Source: an archaeon (lineage in GTDB: Archaea; Iainarchaeota; Iainarchaeia; Iainarchaeales; JAAZKV01). From it: a DNA stretch of 15,126 nucleotides. Under the pieces are notes generated by a model, which saw nothing but the letters and a program-made list of their open reading frames with translations, did not search any database and was not told the origin of the DNA. Of this stretch, positions 7,979 through 15,081 are shown in pieces (the first letter of the stretch is position 1; each line of letters opens with the position of its first letter). The DNA lies in assembly GCA_036170245.1 (NCBI GenBank), contig JAVHOV010000015.1:1-15126 (forward strand), in the 5' to 3' direction. The translations under genes were made by a program, and so were the position numbers.

Positions 7979-8767
7979 ATGGCTGCAAAATACGAAGAAA
8001 GTGAAGAAGTAGAAGAGAAAGATGATGACGAAACTGTTTCTTTGAAGCAAAATGAAGAAATTGATGCTGATGATGATTCTAGCGCTGAAGTTGAAGCTGA
8101 TTTGGCCACTGATGATAAACTGCCCTTTCCTCGAGCAACAATAACTAAACTTGTGAGAAAAAGCGTTTCTAAGGGAAAGCAAATTAAAGGAACTGTTAAG
8201 GATGAAATGAATTTGTGGGTTAATACTCTAGTTGAAAAGATTGTAAAGAAAATGAATTCACAGCCCTACACTTTTGTTAATTATGATATGCTTAGAGATT
8301 CAGTTGCACCTTATGAAGATATGCAAGGAATAAACAAGCAAAGAGAAGCTTTGATTAAAAAAATTGAATTAATTAGGGTTGAATGTGACTCTGTAATAAA
8401 TGCAGTTGACTCTGAAGCCAAGGCAAAAGCATTGTCTCTAAAACTTGATACTGAGGACTTGCCTTTTCCTAAAGCTACAATAACAAACAAAATTAGAAAA
8501 CACTTGGGAAATGACAAAACAATTAAGGGTCCTGTAAAAAGAGGATTAAATATTTGGCTTGGAACAATGGTTGAAAGAGTAAGTAAAAAAATGGATTCAT
8601 ATCCTTACCCATACATTGACAGAAGTATGTTCAAAGAAGCAATTGAACCATATGAAGCTGTAAGCGAAATTGAACTTGAAAAAGAGCGAATCATTCAGCA
8701 AATGGAATCAATGAAAATTGCTTGTGATTTGTTGAAGATGGAAATTGAGAGAAAGTTCAAACTTTAA
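7979..8767 (+). CDS. Tandem (doublet) histone-fold protein with an acidic N-terminal tail and a helical extension after each fold
   Basis: Two ungapped repeats 113 aa apart, starting LPFPRATITKLVRK (8120) and LPFPKATITNKIRK (8459). Both match the histone alpha1 pattern LPxAxIxR/KxxR/K, followed by L1 (KxIKG), a long alpha2 and alpha3. ATG at 7979 preferred, with G-rich SD-like sequence upstream. Confidence 0.72.
   Translation: MAAKYEESEEVEEKDDDETVSLKQNEEIDADDDSSAEVEADLATDDKLPFPRATITKLVRKSVSKGKQIKGTVKDEMNLWVNTLVEKIVKKMNSQPYTFVNYDMLRDSVAPYEDMQGINKQREALIKKIELIRVECDSVINAVDSEAKAKALSLKLDTEDLPFPKATITNKIRKHLGNDKTIKGPVKRGLNIWLGTMVERVSKKMDSYPYPYIDRSMFKEAIEPYEAVSEIELEKERIIQQMESMKIACDLLKMEIERKFKL
8120..8728 (+). 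repeat. Internal protein-level duplication, period 339 nt / 113 aa
   Basis: Manual ungapped alignment from LPFP to CD gives about 37 identities in 90 residues. Confidence 0.9.
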
Positions 8768-8792
8768 TTCTTTTTCTTTCTTTTGATTTTTT

Positions 8793-8818
8793 TTAGAGAA
8801 TTAATTTTAGTTCTCTAA
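8793..8818. terminator. Hairpin between convergent genes, probable terminator
   Basis: TTAGAGAATTA-attt-TAGTTCTCTAA stem with one G:T pair, set among T-tracts between the stops at 8767 and 8839. Confidence 0.55.
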
Positions 8819-8838
8819 TTTTCTTATTTTAATTTTTT

Positions 8839-9399
8839 CTAAAGTGTTAAGTTTAATTTCTCTCTGATTTTTTTAGCAATTGCGCCGTTCGGATTAAAGA
8901 AGCACATTGCAAATAACTGTCCTAAGTTTTTTGTATGGTTTTCTTCTTTTATAGTTGATTTTTCAAAATCAATTATCACCGGAACAAAACTGTTTCTTTC
9001 TTTTTTCACAATAATATTCTTTCCGATCTGCAGTTGATTGTGGCTCAGATTGATTTTATCAAGCAAAAGTAATTGCCTGAATATTTCTTTAATCAAATCA
9101 TATATTTGCGTAGGAGTTGCTTTGTCAAATTCCTCGCTCATTACAAAATCCAAGAATATTTCTCCTTCAATATATTCCCTTACAACAAAATTTTCTTCAA
9201 AATTAATTTCTTTAACAATTGGCCCCACTCCGACAGAATTTGCAAGAAGTAACATTCTTCCTTCTCTTTCTGCCAAATCTTTTCTTGGTGATTTTTCCCT
9301 AACTTCTTTAAGCAAAAATTTGTTTTTGCATTCATCTTCCACAATCCAGTTATATGAACTCCAGCCCTTGGCAATTTGGCTGATTTTTGTGTAATTCAT
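8839..9399 (-). CDS. Atypical archaeal Ser/Thr protein kinase-like protein (RIO/Bud32-related, COG2112-like)
   Basis: 186 aa. Gly-loop IAKGWSS, beta3 Lys in FLLKEV, alphaC Glu in EREG, ANSVGVGP, hinge REYIEG, catalytic loop HNQLQIGKNII, and IIDFE as the DFG equivalent. Confidence 0.8.
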   Translation of the reverse strand: MNYTKISQIAKGWSSYNWIVEDECKNKFLLKEVREKSPRKDLAEREGRMLLLANSVGVGPIVKEINFEENFVVREYIEGEIFLDFVMSEEFDKATPTQIYDLIKEIFRQLLLLDKINLSHNQLQIGKNIIVKKERNSFVPVIIDFEKSTIKEENHTKNLGQLFAMCFFNPNGAIAKKIREKLNLTL

Positions 9400-9475
9400 A
9401 AGAAAACTAATATTTCTTTAGTTAATTAAATCAATCTTTTGTTTCTTTTCTTTGGTTTTTAGCCTCTTACAAATG

Positions 9476-9528
9476 TTTTTAATACTTTTTTTGACCCTAT
9501 TAGTTATCAAGTAACTAATTTTGAGGTG
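9476..9528 (+). promoter_or_regulatory. Thermosome promoter: TATA box, palindromic candidate operator and SD
   Basis: TTTTTAATA at 9476-9484, ATTAGTTA-tcaag-TAACTAAT at 9499-9519, and GAGGTG at 9523-9528, 8 nt before the ATG. Confidence 0.6.
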
Positions 9529-9536
9529 GATTTAGT

Positions 9537-11174
9537 ATGGCTGAAGCAAACGAACAACAAAATGCTTTCATGGGTGAAGGAACAAAGAGAACCCGAGGAA
9601 GAGATGCACAGAGAATGAATATTTTAATAGCTAGAGCGGTAGCTCAAGCGGTTAAATCAACTCTTGGACCAAAAGGAATGGACAAGATGATTGTTGATGA
9701 AATGGGTGAAGTTACTATCTCAAATGATGGTGCAACTATTTTAAGTGAAATGGCTATTGAGCACCCAATTGGAAAAATGATGGTTGATGTTGCTAAAACT
9801 CAGGACGAGGAAGTCGGAGATGGTACAACTACTGCAGTAATTTTGGCAGGAACTTTTTTAGAAAAAGCAGAAAAATTGCTTGACGATTCAATCCACCCGA
9901 GTATTATAATTAATGGGTATATGATGGCTGCAGCTAAGGCAAAAGAATTTTATGCCGAAACAGCTGACCCCGTAAAATTCGATGATAAAAAAAATCTAAG
10001 AATAATTGCACTAACTTCAATCACAGGAAAGAGTGCAGAATTTGCTGATTCATTAGCTGATTTGGTTGTTGATGCAGTAACTAGTGTTGCTGATGTTGAT
10101 GGAACTAAAATGACAATTAATGAAGACAATATTAAACTTGAAAAGAAAACTGGTGGATCATTGAAAGACACTCAGTTGATTAGCGGGATAGTAATTGACA
10201 AAGAAATTGTTCATACTGGAATGCCTCGAAGCATAACTGGTGCAAAGATTGTTCTTCTTGATTTGGCTCTTGAAGTAAAAGAACCAGAAAGCGATGCAAA
10301 GATAGAAATTAGTACTCCTGAAGAATTGCAGGCATTCATTGATACTGAAGAAAAGCAGTTAAGAGACATGGTTGCAACTGTAAAAAAAGTTGGAGCAAAC
10401 GTTGTAATAACTCAGAAAGGAATTGATGATTTAGCACAGCACTTCTTTGCAAAGGAAGGAATTATTGCTGTTAGAAGAGTAAAGAAATCTGACATGGATG
10501 CTTTAGCTCGAGCAACTGGTGCAACAATAATTACAAGCATCAAAGAATTATCTTCAAAAGATTTAGGATTTGCTGGAAAAGTTCTTGAGAAAAGAGTTTC
10601 CGGAGATGCAATGGTTTTCGTTGAGCAATGCAAAAACCCTAAGAGTGTTTCAATTTTAATCAGAGGCGGAACACAGCACGTTGTTGATGAATCAGAAAGA
10701 GCTTTAATCGATGCAATTGGTTCAGTTTCAAGCGCAATAGAAATGGGCAAAGTTTTAGTTGGTGCAGGTTCTTGTGAATCGGAAGTAGCAATGAAACTAA
10801 GAGGATATGCTCAGACTGTTGGTGGAAGAGAACAATTAGCAATTGAAGCATTTGCTGAAAGTTTGGAAGTAATTCCAAGAACTCTAGCAGAAACTGCAGG
10901 GATGGATCCAATTGATGCACTTGTAACTCTAAGAAGTGCACACTCAAAGAAAGATGGTAAGTACTTCGGAGTAAATGTTTACAAAGGAAGAATTGAAGAC
11001 ATGAAGAATGCAAAGTGCTTAGAACCACTTCAGGTAAAAACACAGGCAATTGATTCTGCAAGCGAAGTAGCAGAAATGATTCTAAGAATTGATGACATAA
11101 TTTTAGGTTCATCAAAGAGCAGAATGCCTCAAGGAATGCCAGGCGGAATGGGCGGACAAGGAATGGAAATGTAA
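9537..11174 (+). CDS. thsA: Thermosome subunit (group II chaperonin)
   Basis: 545 aa with [33 protein letters not shown] and ILRIDD, plus the C-terminal tail [13 protein letters not shown]. Confidence 0.97.
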   Translation: MAEANEQQNAFMGEGTKRTRGRDAQRMNILIARAVAQAVKSTLGPKGMDKMIVDEMGEVTISNDGATILSEMAIEHPIGKMMVDVAKTQDEEVGDGTTTAVILAGTFLEKAEKLLDDSIHPSIIINGYMMAAAKAKEFYAETADPVKFDDKKNLRIIALTSITGKSAEFADSLADLVVDAVTSVADVDGTKMTINEDNIKLEKKTGGSLKDTQLISGIVIDKEIVHTGMPRSITGAKIVLLDLALEVKEPESDAKIEISTPEELQAFIDTEEKQLRDMVATVKKVGANVVITQKGIDDLAQHFFAKEGIIAVRRVKKSDMDALARATGATIITSIKELSSKDLGFAGKVLEKRVSGDAMVFVEQCKNPKSVSILIRGGTQHVVDESERALIDAIGSVSSAIEMGKVLVGAGSCESEVAMKLRGYAQTVGGREQLAIEAFAESLEVIPRTLAETAGMDPIDALVTLRSAHSKKDGKYFGVNVYKGRIEDMKNAKCLEPLQVKTQAIDSASEVAEMILRIDDIILGSSKSRMPQGMPGGMGGQGMEM

Positions 11175-11201
11175 ATAATTTAGAATCTAGTTTTATGAAT
11201 T

Positions 11202-11240
11202 GAGAAACTAAAAAAAGTTTCTCTTTTCTCTATTTTTTTT
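11202..11240 (+). terminator. Hairpin plus T-tract terminator after the thermosome gene
   Basis: GAGAAACT-aaaaaa-AGTTTCTC (11202-11223) followed by TTTTCTCTATTTTTTTT. Confidence 0.6.
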
Positions 11241-11302
11241 AGTAAATATTCAATTTTTATTGTGACCATAATCTTTTTATTCTCTTTATTTACTTTAGTT
11301 GC

Positions 11303-11866
11303 ATGGTTAAAGCAAAATTATTTATTCTTACTGGCCCCTCAGGAGCAGGCAAATCAACTATCGCTGAAGAAGTTCTAAAAAAAGAAAAAAATTTAACAAA
11401 AGTAATTACTTGTACTACTCGTGCTGCAAGAACTGGGGAAAAAGATGGAGTGGATTATAGATTTTTTACTAAGGAAGAGTTTGAAAAATTTATTAGAAAA
11501 GATATGCTTCTAGAAAGAGCAACGGTGTATGATAATTATTATGGTTCGCTTCGTGATGATGTTGAAAAAATAATGGAATCTGGAAAGAGTGTTTTGTTTG
11601 TAGTTGATGTTCAAGGTGCGATGACAATCAAAGCAAAATTCAGAGGTGCAGTTGATATTTTCATTAAAACTCCCTCGCCTGATGATTTAAGAAAAAGACT
11701 TGAAAAGAGAAAAAAAGATTCAAAGGATGTAATTGCACGAAGGCTTCAGACAGCACGTGATGAATTAGCTCTAGAAAGTGAATTTACTTATGTTGTTGTA
11801 AATGATGATTTAAAAGTTGCAATTGGTGAAGTAAGAAAGATAATTGATGCCTCTATAAATAAGTGA
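11303..11866 (+). CDS. gmk: Guanylate kinase (bacterial type)
   Basis: 187 aa. P-loop GPSGAGKST, GMP-binding signature TTRAARTGEKDGVDYRF, YDNYYGS, VDVQGA, LID RRLQTARDEL and VVVNDDL. Confidence 0.95.
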   Translation: MVKAKLFILTGPSGAGKSTIAEEVLKKEKNLTKVITCTTRAARTGEKDGVDYRFFTKEEFEKFIRKDMLLERATVYDNYYGSLRDDVEKIMESGKSVLFVVDVQGAMTIKAKFRGAVDIFIKTPSPDDLRKRLEKRKKDSKDVIARRLQTARDELALESEFTYVVVNDDLKVAIGEVRKIIDASINK

Positions 11867-11950
11867 ATCAAACTTCTTTCTTTTTACTATCCAAAACTAA
11901 TATTTTTAAAGTCATTTAGACGGTAGTTTAGTAATAGAAAAGTGTTTTTT

Positions 11951-12013
11951 ATGGATGCAAATTTGTCAGGATTTGGGTGGTTGGCCATACAATACTCTAA
12001 ACTTTATTTCTAG
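11951..12013 (+). CDS. Candidate 20-aa micro-ORF (MDANLSGFGWLAIQYSKLYF)
   Basis: ATG...TAG of 63 nt, preceded by TATA-like TTTTTAAAG (11903-11911) and followed directly by a T-tract. Too short for the ORF track. Confidence 0.3.
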   Translation: MDANLSGFGWLAIQYSKLYF

Positions 12014-12035
12014 TTTTTTCTTCTCTAAAAGCACA

Positions 12036-12043
12036 TTTTTAAT
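12036..12043 (+). promoter_or_regulatory. Putative TATA box for the tRNA, possibly for a tRNA-ileS transcript
   Basis: TTTTTAAT about 40 nt upstream of the mature tRNA 5' end, implying a leader of roughly 15 nt. Confidence 0.5.
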
Positions 12044-12082
12044 CTTTCTTTTTAGTACTTATTTAATCAACGGAGGAACTTT

Positions 12083-12157
12083 GGGCGATTAGCTCAGCCT
12101 GGTTGGAGCATTCGTCTTATACACGAGAGGTCAGCGGTTCAAATCCGCTATCGCCCA
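12083..12157 (+). tRNA. tRNA-Ile, anticodon UAU (TAT at 12118-12120), intronless, CCA not encoded
   Basis: Manual cloverleaf: acceptor GGGCGAT/ATCGCCC plus discriminator A; D-arm GCTC-AGCCTGGTTG-GAGC; anticodon arm TTCGT-CTTATAC-ACGAG; variable loop AGGTC; T-arm AGCGG-TTCAAAT-CCGCT. Confidence 0.92.
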
Positions 12158-12200
12158 CTTCCAAAGTTAAAAAATTGTTGATGAATTGAAAGGGAATAAT

Positions 12201-15032
12201 ATGTCAAGACGTGAAACAGAAAAAAAGATTACTGAATTCTGGAACAAAGAAAACTTTTTTGTTCGCTCAGTACAAGAACGCCCTAGCAATAAAGAATACG
12301 TTTTCTATGATGGTCCTCCGTTTGCAACTGGAGTTCCTCACCACGGTCACATTTTAGGCTTAACAAGTAAAGATGTTTTTCCAAGATACTGGACAATGAA
12401 GGGTTCTCGAGTTGAAAGAAAATGGGGCTGGGACTGTCACGGACTTCCAATTGAAAATATTGCTGAAAAAGAACTTGGAATAAAACAAAAAAATGAAATT
12501 GAAGCAATGGGTGTAACAAAGTTCAATGATTTTTGTAGATCAAAAGTTTTTTACTTTGCAAATGAATGGAAAAAAACTGTAGAAACAATGGGGAAATGGA
12601 TTGACTTTGATGATTCATATAAGACACTTGATCAAACTTATATGGAATCAATTTGGTGGATATTTCAAAAATTATATAATGAAGGTTATATTTATGAAGG
12701 GAAAAAAGTTTTAATGTACTGTCCAAGATGCCAAACTCCTTTAGCAAATTCAGAAATACAAATGGATAATTCATATAAAGATGTAACAGAAAAAACTGCT
12801 ACAGTTGGATTCAAAATTAAAAACAGGGAAAATGAATATTTACTTGCATGGACTACAACTCCTTGGACTTTAATTGGTAACGTAGCGCTTGCAATTAATC
12901 CAAAATTAACTTATTCTTTAGTTGATGTTTTTGGAAAAAAATATATTTTAGCAAAAGATTTGGTTGAAAAAAATTTCAAACACTTTGAATTATTAAAAGA
13001 AATAAAAGGTAGTGAACTTTTAGGTTTAGAATATGAGCCGCTGTATGAAGTTCCAACTGATGGGAAGAAAGGTTATTATGTTGTTGATGGTGCGGATGGA
13101 GTAACAAGCGAAGAAGGAACTGGTATAGTTCATATGGCAATTTATGGTGAATTTGATTATCAAATAATTAGAAAATTAGATTTGCCAATAGTTCAGCATG
13201 TTGGAAAAGATGGTTCATTAATTTTGGGTCCAAAAGAATGGCTTGGTAAATGGTTCAAAAAAGTTGACAAAGAAGTAATTGATGATTTAACAACAAGAGG
13301 ATTACTTACAGAAGCAAAAGAATACACTCACTCATACCCTTTCTGTTACAGATGCGAAACTCCTTTAATTTACAATGCAGTTGATTCTTGGTTTGTAGAT
13401 ATACAAAAAATAAAACCAAAGTTAATTGAAAGAGCAAATGAAATTAATTGGTATCCTGATAATATCAAGGAAGGAAGATTTAAGTATATTTTGGAAACTG
13501 CTCCGGACTGGAGTATTTCAAGAAACCGTTTTTGGGCTACAGCAATTCCTGTTTGGAAGTGCGAGTGCGGTAAAATAAAAGTAATTGGAAGCATAAAAGA
13601 ACTGCAGGAAAATGCTGTTGAAAAAGTTTCTAGTGACGTTGATTTGCATAAGCATATAGTTGATCAAATACACCTAAAGTGTGACTGCGGTAAAACTATG
13701 ACAAGAATTCCTGAAGTATTAGACTGCTGGTTTGAATCAGGAAGCATGCCTTTTGCTTCAAAGCATTATCCTTTTGAAAATAAAGAATGGCTGTTGAATA
13801 ATTATCCAGCTGATTTTATTTCTGAATATATTGCACAAGTTAGAGCTTGGTTCTACTACATGCACGTAATTGGAGTTCTTTTGATGGGCAAAGCTCCGTT
13901 CAAAAATGTTGTAGTTTCAGGAACAATTTTAGCAGCAGATGGCTCAAAGATGTCAAAATCAAAAAAGAATTACACCGATCCAAATTTATTGTTTGATACT
14001 TACGGTGCAGATGCAATGCGTTTTTACTTAATGTCTTCGCAGTTAATGAGGGCACAGGATTTGAATTTCTTGGATGACAATGTAAAAGAAGTTCACAAAA
14101 AATTAATGATGATACTTTCAAACGTAAAAAACTTTTACGAATTGTTTGCAGCTCAGAATGATATTTTGAATGACACTTCTTCAAAAGATATTCTTGACAA
14201 GTGGATGATAAGCAGAACAGAACAATTGATTAAAGAATCAACTCACAACATGGATGATTACAATACTCTTGCAGTGTGCAAGGATGTTTTGGAATACGTT
14301 GATGAACTTTCGACTTGGTTTGTTCGAAGAAGCAGGGATAGATTCAAGAGTGATAATATTGAAGAAAAAACAAATGCAATTCATACTTTAGCTTTTGCAC
14401 TTGATTCATTATCAAAAGTAATTGCCCCGATTACTCCATTCATTGCAGAAGAAATTTACCAATCCTTGAGAAAAACAAATTATACAAAAAATATTTCAGT
14501 TCACTTAGAAGAGTGGCCAAAGCACAATGACTCTTTGATTGATGAAAAATTGCACGAAGAAATGAAGAAAGTCAGAGAAATAATTTCAGTTGCACTTGAA
14601 GAGAGAAATAAAGCGGGTATTGCGGTTCGTCAACCCTTAAAGAAAGTAATAGTTAGCAATGCTCACATTGACAAAAAGTTTTTTGACATAGTTCTTGATG
14701 AACTGAATGTAAAAGAAGTTGAACTTATTGAAGGGGAATTTAGTGTGAAACTTGACACTCACTTAACAAAGGAATTATTGCTTGAGGGTGCAGCAAGAGA
14801 TTTGATGAGAAAATTAAATGAATCAAGAAAAGAACTGGGTCTTACAATACAAGATGCAGTTGTGTTAAATGTTTTTACAGAAAGTGCAATGCTAAAAGAA
14901 ATGATTGATGCATTCTCAATTGATTTGAAAAAATCTGCACAGTTGAGGGAAATTAAATTTAATTCTAATTTAACTGCTCCAAAAGAAGTAGTAATACAAA
15001 AAGAGAAATTATTGCTTGAATTAACTAAGTAA
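12201..15032 (+). CDS. ileS: Isoleucine--tRNA ligase, type 2 (IleRS2)
   Basis: ATG at 12201 preferred over TTG at 12186 (SD-like AAGGGA upstream). DGPPFATGVPHHGH (HIGH), GWDCHGLPIE, WTTTPWTL, DWSISRNRFW, KMSKS and WFVRRSRDRF are present. C-terminus is IleRS2-type (EGAARDLMRKLNESRK), without the type 1 C-terminal zinc finger. Confidence 0.96.
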   Translation: MSRRETEKKITEFWNKENFFVRSVQERPSNKEYVFYDGPPFATGVPHHGHILGLTSKDVFPRYWTMKGSRVERKWGWDCHGLPIENIAEKELGIKQKNEIEAMGVTKFNDFCRSKVFYFANEWKKTVETMGKWIDFDDSYKTLDQTYMESIWWIFQKLYNEGYIYEGKKVLMYCPRCQTPLANSEIQMDNSYKDVTEKTATVGFKIKNRENEYLLAWTTTPWTLIGNVALAINPKLTYSLVDVFGKKYILAKDLVEKNFKHFELLKEIKGSELLGLEYEPLYEVPTDGKKGYYVVDGADGVTSEEGTGIVHMAIYGEFDYQIIRKLDLPIVQHVGKDGSLILGPKEWLGKWFKKVDKEVIDDLTTRGLLTEAKEYTHSYPFCYRCETPLIYNAVDSWFVDIQKIKPKLIERANEINWYPDNIKEGRFKYILETAPDWSISRNRFWATAIPVWKCECGKIKVIGSIKELQENAVEKVSSDVDLHKHIVDQIHLKCDCGKTMTRIPEVLDCWFESGSMPFASKHYPFENKEWLLNNYPADFISEYIAQVRAWFYYMHVIGVLLMGKAPFKNVVVSGTILAADGSKMSKSKKNYTDPNLLFDTYGADAMRFYLMSSQLMRAQDLNFLDDNVKEVHKKLMMILSNVKNFYELFAAQNDILNDTSSKDILDKWMISRTEQLIKESTHNMDDYNTLAVCKDVLEYVDELSTWFVRRSRDRFKSDNIEEKTNAIHTLAFALDSLSKVIAPITPFIAEEIYQSLRKTNYTKNISVHLEEWPKHNDSLIDEKLHEEMKKVREIISVALEERNKAGIAVRQPLKKVIVSNAHIDKKFFDIVLDELNVKEVELIEGEFSVKLDTHLTKELLLEGAARDLMRKLNESRKELGLTIQDAVVLNVFTESAMLKEMIDAFSIDLKKSAQLREIKFNSNLTAPKEVVIQKEKLLLELTK

Positions 15033-15081
15033 ATAATTTTAATAAGTCTTTTAGTTTATTTGAATCCTATTTTTTTAATTA

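Noticed and set aside
8839..9399. Calling the kinase Bud32 (KEOPS) and linking it to t6A modification of the nearby tRNA
   Set aside because: It lacks the HGDL catalytic loop and the C-terminal RGRY-type tail of Bud32, and no kae1, cgi121 or pcc1 gene is adjacent.
11125..11171. GGAATG-type short repeats at the thermosome 3' end
   Set aside because: They simply encode the usual Gly/Met-rich chaperonin tail.
12157..12163. Encoded CCA end or tRNA intron
   Set aside because: The discriminator A is followed by CTT and then CCA, so the CCA is out of register. The 7-nt anticodon loop closes normally with no bulge-helix-bulge, so the TAT anticodon is not an intron artefact.
11867..12200. T-box riboswitch upstream of ileS
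   Set aside because: No T-box consensus (AAGGTGGTACC/UGGNACC-like) or antiterminator was found. The structured element here is a tRNA gene.
7952..14184. Short alternative ORFs overlapping the histone-like, kinase, thermosome and ileS genes
   Set aside because: They overlap strongly supported genes, mostly antisense, and have no independent motifs or start signals.
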